From: Amoebophrya sp. A120
Taxonomy: Eukaryota; Protista; Dinoflagellata
Length of the DNA: 64,000 nt
Reading direction: 5' to 3'
NCBI GenBank assembly: GCA_905178155.1
Contig: CAJINV010000009.1
Coordinates: 1,485,907-1,549,906 of the forward strand
Notes under the pieces: model-generated
What the model was told of the DNA's origin: nothing
Databases searched by the model: none
Seen by the model: the letters and a program-made list of their open reading frames with translations, nothing else
Translations under genes and position numbers: made by a program
Shown here: in pieces, positions 11,778 to 23,430 of the stretch
Numbering within the stretch: the stretch's first letter is position 1
How the letters are laid out: each line of letters begins with the position of its first letter

Positions 11778-14700
11778 ATGGCTGCCGCCGTGAGTAGCCA
11801 GCAGCCGCTAATCGGCGGCGGTTCCGCGGGCGCGTCCTCGTCGCTGCAGGTGCCCGTCCCGCAGCCCCAGAATGGAGGCGCGCAGAATGCGACCTCCCCT
11901 ACCTCTAAAGCGAGTACGCCGTCCAACGCGGCGACCAATCCGCAACGCATAATGGACAGCCAGTGGTTCATTGACCCGAAGCGCGCGAAGCAGCTCATCG
12001 AGTTCGTGGGCTTGAAGGGGCAACTGAAGCCGTTCGGGTCCTACACCTCCGGGTTGATCACCAAAACGTCCGACCTCGACGTGATGTATGAACGCCACGA
12101 ATCGGAACAGCACATCATTCCGGTACAGATTTTGCAGAAGTTTATGGAGGCCCTAGGAAAAGCGGGGTTCGTCAACTTTGTCACGGTCTTCCAGGCACAA
12201 CTACCGCTGCTGAAACTCGCGGACCGCCACGGCGTGGACATTGACATCATCGTCGACAACCAGCTGGGCTACCGAAATTCCGTGCTGATGGGGTCCTACG
12301 CGCGGATGGACCGCCGCGTGCCCGAATTCATCCGCCGGGTCAAGTGCTTCGCGAAAAGGTTCGAAATCGTCGGTAGTACTGACGGACACTTGAACAGCTA
12401 CGCGTGGACCCTGATGGCCATCTACTACCTGATGAAAGCCATGCCGGCGCCGCTGGTACCCAACCTGCAAGCGCTCGCGCAGGACGACCCAAGAGTGGAA
12501 AAAAAGTACATGCTTCCTTTTATATATTCTTCTACTAAGTACAAGTAGTAGTTCATACGAAAAATATTAAATCTTTCTCTTATTGAAACTTTCCACTGAT
12601 TTTTGCCGGCTGCGCTGTGAAAAAGTCGGTGTTCCGAAGTGAGTCGTCGCAGGGACGCAAAATTTGTATTCTGGTGCATGAAATTCAATTTGCAGGTACA
12701 TCAAGGACGGTCGTTGGGGCGCAGACCGGGAGTGGAACGTGACTTTTTTCACGGAGATCCAGAAAATCCCGCCATCCGCCAACACTCGGGCGACTACCGA
12801 GCTTCTGGGCGAGTTTTTCGAGTACTACTCCCACAAATTTGACTGGGATAAGAAGTGCGTGTCCATTCGGCTCGGGTTGACGCCGCACGACAGTCAGACC
12901 GGAGCGGACCGGAGCCAACTGGACCCTTACATCACAAACCCGAAGGACCAGAGCGGCTGGTACGTAGAGGACCCCTTTGATTTGTGTCACAACTTGGCGG
13001 GAAACGTCACCGCACGGGGGAAGGAGCGGATCATGACTGCATTGAAAAACGCAAACAACGAGATTCGGGCGCGCGGACCGGCCAGACTCGAAGAGGCGCT
13101 GAACAACGTACTTGGAATTTTTGGCTTCCTATATTGAATATTTGTAGTGGTGCTGTGTCGGGCTCGGGTCTTTATGTTTTTGTAGCGATTTTTTCTTCTC
13201 GCGACTACCTAAAAGGACAGATCGCGCTGCAGTATCTTCTCATGACTTTCATCATGCAAATCTAAAGGATAAAGATTTGGAAAATATTTGTGATATTTTG
13301 TTCCTGAAGCTGAAAAAGAAGATGGAGAAGAAAATGAACAAGATCTGTGAAAAAAAAACAGCTCTGTCCGCTCTCCTGGCGAGCCGCGGCCTTGTTCATG
13401 AAGTGCCGGGTAAATCTGGAAAAAGTCACGGAGGAGCAGTTTCGCGAGGCGTTCGCGGAAATGAAATTTGACGACGAGGTGATTTTGTGGTGGCCATCGA
13501 ACCGGCCACAAACGAGCCCAATCATGGATGCGTTTCTCCAATTTAGGTCGGATCACGACCGAAAAAGGGCACACACGAAATCGGAGTCCTACGTAGGACA
13601 GTGGCAAATACGGCTGCTGTACTGCTGCTGCGCCGTGCTGAAAGACGTACTTATTTTATACTTTGGTTTTCTCCTTGAGATCATGAATGTTTTTGGCTTT
13701 TGAAGAGGACGAGGACCAAGAGCAGCTGCAGCTCGCAGGCTTGTTTATTGGATGTTTTGTTGATAGGACGCAAACGCATAGACGTTCGAATTTTTCGATT
13801 CATCGATTGAAGGACAAAAACCGATTTCTTCCAGGCGTACAAAGACAACGACAACCACCTGCAACGGGTGACTGTGAACCCCGCCGCCCGGCAGTCGGGT
13901 CTCCACGTAGACAACCCGGTGATTCCCTCGATCAAGCAAGCCTTAGCCCCGTTCACCGGTGACCCGAGGCAGAAAAACTTTCAGGCGCTCCGGCACCTGT
14001 ACTTTATCTCGCAGAATTCGCAGCACCTCCTAGCCCCAGGATCGGTCGACAACTTGGAGTACGCACCGGAGGGGGAGTCCCGCGTGGCCGCGACGGATAA
14101 GCTCGGCTCGAACATGTCTACGGTGGCGTACCTGTTGGGCAACATGGACGCGAACTTTCTGGAACACTTCCTCCAGGACCCGAGAAACGGCCAGCTGATT
14201 AACACATTGCAAAAGTATCAATCTACAACTCAGATGTGATACAGATTTTTGCTGTTGCGAATGCAATTTTATTCAATTTGCTACGTAGTTTGGGTTCTTG
14301 TGATTTTTGCACTCTCTATACAACTAGTTGAGTCCAGAAAAGGCCAGCGCATGTCTTAGTCACATCGGGAGATGATCCTATAGCTTCATTGTCGATTTCG
14401 CGATATATTTCAGGTTGTACGACCTATTCGTGCGCAGAAGAAATCACGAGGGTCGCGGCGCTGCGACCACACCCATCGGGCCCCCCGGTCTCAACAAGGA
14501 TGCAGGAGACCCAGCAGCAAATGAGCTGGACACGGCGAGCGGGAGCGCAAATGCCGCGCCCGGCGGCGGCTCATCCCCACAGGGGAATGCCGCAAATGGA
14601 ACGGGTGCACAGAGCCGGAAGCAAAGTGTAGACCCGGACGCGAATCAGATGTTGACTCAAGCACAGATCGAGCTGGACGCGATGGATGCACTGCAAATGT

Positions 14701-17146
14701 CCAGTAACAACAAAGAATACCAGCCGCCGCAGGGGGCCCCCGCGCATTCCGTTGCTCCACCTGGAGCTGCGACGCCAGGCATGATGCACGCAAATACAAC
14801 AACTTCGGTGCCCCGCGCAATTCCACCGGCGCAACAAGGAGGTCAACATCTCAACACCAGTAACCCCGCGGTACTAAACGGCGGAAAAGGTGGTGGACCA
14901 CTGCCACAGAATCAGCAGCAAATGCTGGAAAATCAGCATGCACAGCAGCAACAGCACTCAGGCACGAACGGCAACCGGCCACCGGCGACCACGCAGTCCT
15001 CGCACAGCAACTTGGGCACCCCGACCGGAAATCAAGGACACCAGCCAGTGGGGACGAACAATCAACAAGTCCAACCGCAGCAGCAGCGCAGTCCGCAGAA
15101 CAATAATAACATGCAGGGGGACTCGTCCAGCTCCACCGCACCGTATCCGCGGGACGGCGCCGGGAAAGGCGGGGTGAAAACGATGCACCAACTCGGCGAG
15201 ATGATCTTCCATGGACTTCACGCCTATATCCCGAACCTGGGGACGTCGGTGCCGAAACCTTTCGTGGAGGAAACCGTGCGAAGTCTGGACAATTACGATG
15301 CCGAAGAACTGAGAAGAAGACTGCAAACGGTGTCATGATTTTTTCAAATTATCGGTCGACGTAAGGAGCATGTTGAAAACTACTACGGTGAGTGACGCGC
15401 GAAGAATGGCTTGTAGTGCTTAGATAGAAAGTCCTCACTGCAGCTCATGACAAAAATGCGGTGTGTCACAACGTAACAAAAGCGCGAACATATTACAACC
15501 ATGCTGTTTCTGACAAGAAGATTTTTTTTGCAAAAATACATGAAAAGCGCAAATATACAACACGCAGATTCAATCGATCGCCATGAAGCACAAGTCGTAC
15601 ACCCCTTCGATTTCGAGCAAAGTTAACGGCGGAAAATCTGGCAGTAATCAGAAATTGTTGTTTGACTCCTGGGTCAATTCCGTTGTCGCAGATTGGGAAA
15701 CTGCGAGAGTATATTTGTTGCCTGACTTTTGTAATTTCAAATGCAGTTACAGTTTACTTTCTTGAAGATGTGCATGTGCTTGCACATTTCTTTGTAGAGA
15801 CTTGTCATTGATATTGTCCTCTTTCCTGCTGTGTGCAATGATTTTAATGCGAAATTATAAAGCAATCACTATCACACAACAGGCCCGTCATCCTGATGCC
15901 GCTGCTGTGGACTCGAAGCGCGAAGTTGCGCCCACGATCATCAGCAGCAGTGCCCAGATGGCGTCGCAGATGCTGGAAAAGGCGACACAGCAGGTCGGCA
16001 ACCAACCCTCCAACCGCGATGGCGGACAGCCGGGGGGAAACCAGCCCTTTCTGACCGAACAGCAGATGATCGCTTTTCTGAAGCAGCTATCAAATGTAAA
16101 AATGTCTGGGTCTGGAAGATTGCAACTTGTGATGCTGCCTTTCGATTCCAAAAAAATCTGTATTGCATGAGCAGCAAAGGGAATGTACATGTAGTTTTTG
16201 CGTACGCGGAGAGGGCATTTGTCATGCGGAATATGCATCAAGAAGCCCTCAAAAGATCTGTGATGCTAGGGCACGCATCACAGACGTCATGGCTCATGCA
16301 AAACGTGCATGACAAGTCTCAAAATTTTCCAGACCCAGACACTTTTACACTTGATAACAGCATCCGAACCTTGTGACCGCGGCCGCTGAGAACCCAAGCT
16401 TGGTCGCCAGCTTCATGGGCCCCCACCAGAGCAAGCGAGCGGAGGAGATCGTGGAAAGCCTCGTGAATCAGCAAAGCGACAGCGAAATGAACACGAACGC
16501 GCCCGTATCGTAAAGAAAAATCCCCCCTCCCCATATCGAAAAGGTATGTTTGCGAAGATTTGTGTTGCTGATTTGAGGTCACAAATCACATTTGTCTTCC
16601 AAGAAGACAAGGGCAGAAGCTTCCACCCCATTACTGAAGCGATTTGTCATGCTGTTGGGCCTAAAACTGAGCCGCTTGCCATGCTGAACAACTAGACCCA
16701 TACGCCCCTGCCTAGCCTGGGGATCTGGCCGCAATGCCCCTCTGCAATACAGACCTGATTTGTGTATCCAAATCCAGCATCAGAAGTTTCGTTTTGATAT
16801 GGGGAGGGGGGATTTTTCCTTTTGATAGCCCGGTTCCTGGGAGCAGCGCAGCACGACCCCCCAACGGGGGATAGTCGCGGGCGGGCAACAAGGCCCACCG
16901 GGGGTCCCCGGGGGCGGGGGTCCCGGAATGAACGCTTTGCCGAAAAACGGCACGGTGCCACAGGTGCTGCGCAGGCCCGAAAATGCGGGACCAGGAGTCA
17001 ATGTGAATGGAGCGGCAGGCGGCGGCCCAGGAAACCAGCAACGGGGAGGCCCCGCTGCGCAACAGCAGTCTGCGGATCGGTCTGCATCGCTCAACCAGAC
17101 CCCGGACGTAGCACCCCCACCACCGCCTCCGCTGCAGTTTCAGTAA
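11778..17146 (+). CDS. Cid1/TUTase/Trf4-like non-canonical poly(A)/poly(U) polymerase with PAP-associated domain, a possible RRM and a Q/N/G-rich tail
   Basis: Nucleotidyltransferase motif FGSYTSGLITKTSDLDV plus third Asp (DIDII), LNSYAWTLMAIYYL, and PAP-associated YVEDPFDLCHNLA. Frame-preserving introns: 12506-12695, 13108-13361, 13647-13834, ~14214-14413, 15330-15882, plus two introners (~16087-16360, 16505-16828). Confidence 0.82.
16088..16356 (-). mobile_element. Family A TIR introner copy A4 (269 bp, imperfect TSD gCAGC/aCAGC)
   Basis: tatcaaatgtaaaaatgtctgggtctggaagattgc...ttccagacccagacacttttacacttgata. Interior colinear with A2. Confidence 0.88.
16506..16827 (+). mobile_element. Family B TIR introner copy B1 (322 bp, TSD GCCCG)
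   Basis: TIR tatcgtaaagaaaaatcccccctccccatatcgaaa / ttttgatatggggaggggggatttttccttttgata. GCCCG at 16501-16505 and 16828-16832. GT-AG intron 16505-16828 restores the frame. Confidence 0.9.
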
Positions 17147-20100
17147 ACGTCTGCATATTAGAGACAAAGATAAACAACAAGCTTGCTGCTGCAGCAAGCT
17201 TGGTCTCTATTCGCAGAGGGTACAGCAGATGAATCATCTGCGGAATTTCCTCGAAGTTGAGTACTACAGGAAAAACGGATTTGGCATTTCTAAGATTCGA
17301 GTGTGTCGCTCCTATGGGAGGACGCACGCACGCGACAAAAAAAAGTACAAAAATCTCAATTTGGCATTTATGTTGTTTTCGCGCACGCACAGTATACTCT
17401 TTCTATTTTTTATTCCACGAATTTCTTTCACTGAATCTTTATCTTTTCTACTACTGCTACAAGGCTTATTTGTTCTGCTACAAGGCTTTTTGTTCTCTCT
17501 CTACTTACTCTGTTACTTACTTACTGCTTTCGAAGCTGTAGAATTCCGGATGAGCGGCCCGAATTTTTCTCGCTAGTCAAACTTCGCTTGGCTATGCATT
17601 GTTTATCGAGGAGATTCGCTCATCCGATGTTTGTTTGATGAATTTTAAAGCACGAGAAGCGAATGTTGATCATTTGTTTTACTGGCAAGCACGGGGTGAA
17701 AACGCTATCGTTTTAGGAGCGGTAGAGGAACGGCGACTCCATGCGATACTGCCATTTTTTAAAAGCCGTTAGGGAAGGAAACTATCGACATTGAACACAG
17801 ACACGAAAAATACCGCCGCAGTGCTTTCTACTTTGCGACTATAATGCGGCAGTGGTACCATAATCAACGCGTCACATGATACAGGCGAATGAACCATGGT
17901 AATGAAACGCGAGAAAATGCCCTTTACTCGTATATAAGATGATGAAATAAGTAAAAAAGTTATATCTCCTGCGCCGTGTGCTGAGGAAGTCAACACCTTA
18001 CGCTAATCGGCTAGCTCATCTGCACTTATTTTGTACAAAAAAAATATATCTTTCTAGAAGACGGGCGGCAGACGCAGACACGCAATGACTATGGGGAATA
18101 ATGGGGACTGAAATAACGAACCAAACTTTTACCCTTTATGGTGTAGAGATTCATTTGATCTAACAACATTTTTCAACCAGTAAAGTTTTCCGCAGGAACT
18201 ATTCCTCTTCACCACCCGCCCTGTTAGGTAAGGAAATAGCTGACAACGCAAATCAGAGGACTCCGCTGTTGTCAACACCATGTATGATCTACTATCGAAA
18301 AGTTATCTACACTTCGTACGTCGACCGGCGCAAGAGCTAGTGCAGTGGTGGTGTAAAATAAATTCCAGCGCCAGCAAAGGAGCATGTAATTTCAGTGCTT
18401 GAATATCATCGAAAGATATACACTCCGAGTACAAAATTCTATCTGTCGTTGAACGATTGTTGTGTCAATGTCAGATTTTCTCAAATTTTGTGCTAGTAGA
18501 ATACAGTACGAATCAAGAGATCAGACAGCCGCGGCTTGGATAAAGGCGTTCGGATTATATGACTCCAGATTTGTCGTGGCGCAAGAGGGGGTTGACGAAT
18601 CCAGGTCTCTCGCAGGCCAGTTAGATTCGTGTGGAGTAGAAGAATTTTTCTTCTCATTCATCCAAGAAAAAAAAGAACTGGGATGCTCAGCCATGGTATG
18701 CGTGCATTTTTGGAGTTGTTGCACCGCATCGGAAGCTTCCTTCCAGAGGTCCTTTTCTCCGAGGCACGGATACTGGGCGGTCCGCCCCAGAAAAAAACTT
18801 TTGAAGACGTTTCTTACCGCACTAGAAAACAGCTCTGAAATCTCGTCGATATCAGCTGCGAGCCTATTCCACCTTCATATGTTTTTTACTGATTCGATAC
18901 ATTCGCAAAAATAGAAGTAAGATGATATCTCGAGAATGCCTCTTTTTTGCATTATGAAAAGTGTAGACATCATCGAACAAGTTTATCTTCGAGAAGAAGC
19001 ACTTTTTAAAAGTCTAGTAGAGATATAGGTATTCGGACGAGTTTAGTCTCGAAGAAAGATCAAGCAGAAAGCTCTTTCTTCATTCTCTATCTAAAGTACG
19101 CCGCACTATCGATGTTTCGTAGAACAATCTCTATCGTGGCCAAAAATCGAAAAATCCTTCCACAGCACTGGAGTCATTTCCTCATACTACAACAGAAACG
19201 ATTCTTTTGTACTATAAGAAATAGAATTTCTCGTCTTAAATTGGTTCTCTGAAAAATATTTTTATGATTTACCATTTTCTAGCGGCTATTTGAAACAAAA
19301 GAGATGGCGCTGAAATGTGTTGAAGAACTCGTGGGTATGTCTTGAAAAGCAATACAAGCGGCTTCTTGTTAACATTTCTGTCCATTCAATATTCCAAGCA
19401 GTGATTTGAAAATGAGTAAATGCAAAAAAATGCGACTTGCGACGATGATGGGAGCTATGTAGTAGCTCCTGGTCTATCATTGTCTCTCTGTTGCAGCTTT
19501 GCGCCATCAGAATTTATGATGTAGGAAAACCAGCTCTGAAGTGTGTAGTGGTCGGGAAAACCAAATTTTCCACTTGCCAACAAACGTACCGGAGAAATGG
19601 TAAGATATTTTGGTCAGCTGAAAGAATGTTATCTTCGGAAAGAAGAACGCGAACGGAACGGCAAAGAGAAAAGAAATCCCATGTAGTCTTTTTTGCAAAT
19701 GTGTTTGTTCTGTGTGACGTTGCTCCCGTTCCTTGCGTTCAAAAATGACAAAAAGGCACTCAATTTCGCAAGACCCAGAGCCGCTCCTTCCTAAAAAAAT
19801 GGATCGAAAAATTTCAAACGTCCATGCGAGATCCTTTTCGTCGAAGCCGAAAATTACAGGAGCTCCATCTACTAGAGAATGCCTTTTGCACGTTCTGCGA
19901 TCGATCCGTTATGTAGAAGGCAATTTCCAGTAGGCCGCAAGATCCGAATTTCTATTACGATTTCAGCTTTCAAGTGTTTTCCGCAGGTTTTGTAGGTTTC
20001 CTATTCCTTCCTACATGACGAAATCAATATTTTTCAAATAGCACTACGTCGAGGAGCCTCTATAATTGTGGTTCTCTCATTCAATATTTTCCGTTTCCAT

Positions 20101-20157
20101 TCTATTTTTTTGATTCAAATAACTCAAAGAAAGAGGAAAGCGGCAAGCAACAGCATA

Positions 20158-22542
20158 ATGTGTGTAGAAACTTCGATCGTGTCCTGGTCGCATGGAAGCG
20201 GGGGTCGCATCCACGCTAGCAAGAGTGCACCGCGCATGTGCAGCTTTGCAACACGTAGCACGGGACCGCTGCAATGGTTGTTTCTGTTATCGCATGTTGT
20301 TGGCAGCACTGTTTCGCGAGCCGCTCCGGAGCAAATGACGATGGGGACATCATCTGCACGCGGAGCTGTGCCGACAAAGCGAAAATCCACAAGCGCTGAC
20401 CGAACGACCACCAGGCAGTCAGCATCCGCCGGAAGTCGTGCTGTTACAAGAAGCTCAGAGCACCCTGAGCCGGCGTCCACAGCCTCTCACACTCTGATCT
20501 CCGCCTCCCGCCTTCAAGAAGAAGATAGATTTCGAAAGGCGCCGGAGCAACTTTTCGGGGCCGAAGACCACATCGTCTACGAGTTTCTCCAAAAGGTGCT
20601 AAAATACAAGGGAGGGCCGAGATTGGTGAACGACGAATCTAACGAAATTTGTGCCGTTTGTCACGATCGTCCCTTGGTTGAGCAACAAAAAATGTTGGCT
20701 CCAGGGAGCGCGGTATCGGGGGATGACGTAAGCGCGGCTCTTGCAGCACGCATGCGAACACTGGAACTACATGCTTCCCACTGCGAGGTCAGTGCCATGA
20801 AAGAACCATTGCGGCCGAAGATTCATATTCATTTTTGTGGCCATGCCGTGTGCGACGGTTGCGCAGCGGAGGAAAAGAGAAGGCAAGCGGAAGGGAAACA
20901 GCAACAGAAGTGTTTCTACTGCTCTGCGGGCTCGGAGCGAGACATGCTACCGATGCAGCGAACCGAGATGTTGCAGAGGGAGTGGCCAGTAACATCAAGC
21001 GAGCAGGTTCATCATCCACGGAGTCGACGCGGTGGAGGTGTGCGAACTGCAAACGAAAGAAGTGTGGCGTCCTGGTCGAGTGATGATCTTCCCGCTCCGA
21101 ACGGCAGTTGCAGCAGCGGTGATGAAGCTTGTCCTGAAATGCATGGCGAGAGGAGCCACGACGATCAAGCGAGAAAGACTGCTTGCAGGTCACACTGCCC
21201 GAAATGGCTGAAGCACCCTGCACTTACCGTCGCGGAGGTCGAGAAACGCTTCTTGTCTAAATTTCTTCACCCTGTTCGCGCTCGTGTTGGGACGAGGCAG
21301 GCTCTTCAGCCAGAGAAGTTGTCTGACACGGATCGGGCGGAGTTGTGGAAACGACTGGAGACGTACATGGAAAGGCAGAAGAAAGAGTGGACAGCATTTC
21401 TCAGGAAAGAGGTCCACAGACGCGGACAGCACGGTGGCAAGGACCTCATGTACAAAATTCTAAACGAGGGACCCAATGCGCAGGCTGACCTGCAAACAAC
21501 GATTTTCGTACGGCACCAGGCAATGCTGAAAAAGGTATTGGAAAACGAAGCAGAAGCCCTTCACTGGGTCTTGCAAATGCTCATCAAAAACGGAAGCCGA
21601 CCACGTGGCGGACCGACCGACCATTTGGCGTCCCTAACCGCCTTGGTGACTCGCATGGGACTCGCGGAGACGATGCCATTGCACGTCGCGCGGTGCATGT
21701 GCCTGCCGATGTATTGCGCGGCACACGTATATGTGGCCGCACGCGAAGGTGACCCCTGTGCCGGAGTTTTCTTCCCTCTCGCGTGCGATGTATCTCAGGC
21801 GTTATTGATCTCCTACGTCGGTCTGGATTGGTTTAATCACCTAAGCGTGTCGGCAGGACCTTGCGAAGTGTTTTTGCCTATGCTCGTCACTATTGCCTTG
21901 GCGAGTGGGTGCTGCACATCGATGCGGAACAATTTTGTCCCACCTCTCACACGAGCCGAGGAGTTGTCGATGAGGGGCCAACACTCCGTCAGAACTACAG
22001 AATTGGCACAAACTTCGGAGGAAAATGCGCCTGCAAACGAAGAACGCGATGCTGTCGCCGTGTGTCTCGATAGACTTCCAATGCTGCTTCCCTGCTATCG
22101 GTGCCTGCGTGGACCGCGCCTCATGGCGCCCTACCACCGCCTGCGTGCTCTCCTGCGCCAGTCAAGGGAAGAGCCGAGGCGCAGAGAGTTGTTTGCACGA
22201 AGACGTGCTAGGGAACGAGGAGGTGAAGAAGAGATGACAGGGGGCACGATGTCGGATGATGCGGATGACGTCGAAAGGCCTGCTCCCGTCTATGCGCTTG
22301 AAGAACAAGACGCCATCGACAAATTGCGGGACGCCTTGTCTGTTCGGCGGAATCGCGATTTTCGGCGGGAGCTGCGAGAAGACAAGAACTTTGCTGCCGT
22401 GGAGATGTACGTGACAAAAATAGCCAGAAGGAACGGGACTTCAGTGGCCAGGTTGCTGCCTCTGGATGACCTTTTCGCACTCAATTTGCTCGAGGACCTA
22501 CACTACGCACTTCGCTGGAAAGACGAAACTGCACCAAGATGA
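20158..22542 (+). CDS. RING-finger protein with hydrophobic (TM-like) segments; start uncertain
   Basis: 824-aa ORF (20068-22542); first ATG at 20158. Split RING-like motif CAVC...HFCGHAVCDGC...CFYC and Cys-rich hydrophobic stretches. Confidence 0.65.
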   Translation: MCVETSIVSWSHGSGGRIHASKSAPRMCSFATRSTGPLQWLFLLSHVVGSTVSRAAPEQMTMGTSSARGAVPTKRKSTSADRTTTRQSASAGSRAVTRSSEHPEPASTASHTLISASRLQEEDRFRKAPEQLFGAEDHIVYEFLQKVLKYKGGPRLVNDESNEICAVCHDRPLVEQQKMLAPGSAVSGDDVSAALAARMRTLELHASHCEVSAMKEPLRPKIHIHFCGHAVCDGCAAEEKRRQAEGKQQQKCFYCSAGSERDMLPMQRTEMLQREWPVTSSEQVHHPRSRRGGGVRTANERSVASWSSDDLPAPNGSCSSGDEACPEMHGERSHDDQARKTACRSHCPKWLKHPALTVAEVEKRFLSKFLHPVRARVGTRQALQPEKLSDTDRAELWKRLETYMERQKKEWTAFLRKEVHRRGQHGGKDLMYKILNEGPNAQADLQTTIFVRHQAMLKKVLENEAEALHWVLQMLIKNGSRPRGGPTDHLASLTALVTRMGLAETMPLHVARCMCLPMYCAAHVYVAAREGDPCAGVFFPLACDVSQALLISYVGLDWFNHLSVSAGPCEVFLPMLVTIALASGCCTSMRNNFVPPLTRAEELSMRGQHSVRTTELAQTSEENAPANEERDAVAVCLDRLPMLLPCYRCLRGPRLMAPYHRLRALLRQSREEPRRRELFARRRARERGGEEEMTGGTMSDDADDVERPAPVYALEEQDAIDKLRDALSVRRNRDFRRELREDKNFAAVEMYVTKIARRNGTSVARLLPLDDLFALNLLEDLHYALRWKDETAPR

Positions 22543-23430
22543 GGAGCAATTGACGAGATTCTTGGCGAAGAATAGTATTGAAAAGCAGCCATCTTGATTC
22601 ATTTATCGCTGTGATGTGAAAGTTAGGTACCTGAGTATAGAAAATAAAGTGAAACTCATTGACATGAAATCCGGAATGGTCGATGAGTCAATGATTACTA
22701 TGGAGCGCCATTTGCTGGAGGGCGGGAATCAATCAATTTCATTGAGTCCGCCGATTTAGATAAGAGGTAGTAGCGATGCAGTCACAACGCTAACCTCAAC
22801 AAATCCAATTGTTTGTCTGTGTAAGATGCTCCTTTTGCGCACTTCGTTAGGCGACCTTTTGCGGGTCGGCCACATCTGTTTTTGAGAACTCACTGAAGAT
22901 GGGCTGAAACCTTCAGAGAAAGGGAAGAGCTTCTATTTCAGCTGCTAAATAAGAAATCGCGGAACTGCTAAAAGATGGATGTCTCTGATAGAAAACATTG
23001 GATATTAGCTTCTGTGTTCCTTGTACTTGTTTTCGCTCGTTTTCGACAGACTTGGATCAGTTTTTGTTGATCTAGGTTGTTTCTTCCTCAGCGATATAGG
23101 AAAATGCTGGGGATCGAATGGCGATCCGAAAAATGGACAAAGTGAAGCGCAAAAGAGCCTCTCAAACAGGATGCAGGAGTAATGATATCGCTAGCTCATT
23201 GCTTATAGTGATAGTCATGCTCATTCGAAACTTTGGAATCTGGGCCGTTATTGATCTACCCCTACCAGGACGATTCTTCGTGAAGTGAGCGGTTCCGCAG
23301 ACACTACCTCGACTCAATTTTTTTTTCCGTGTTTCATCTGTGGCCTTTTATCTGTGTACACCCACTGAAACGGCACCTCGTGTTTCTACCGCAGTTAGCA
23401 GATCCACAAAGAACACTAGCACTCGCACCC

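Noticed and set aside
17229-19933. Short ORFs in the AT-rich gap (e.g. 18462-18914)
   Set aside because: Mostly non-ATG starts, intergenic-like composition and no motifs.
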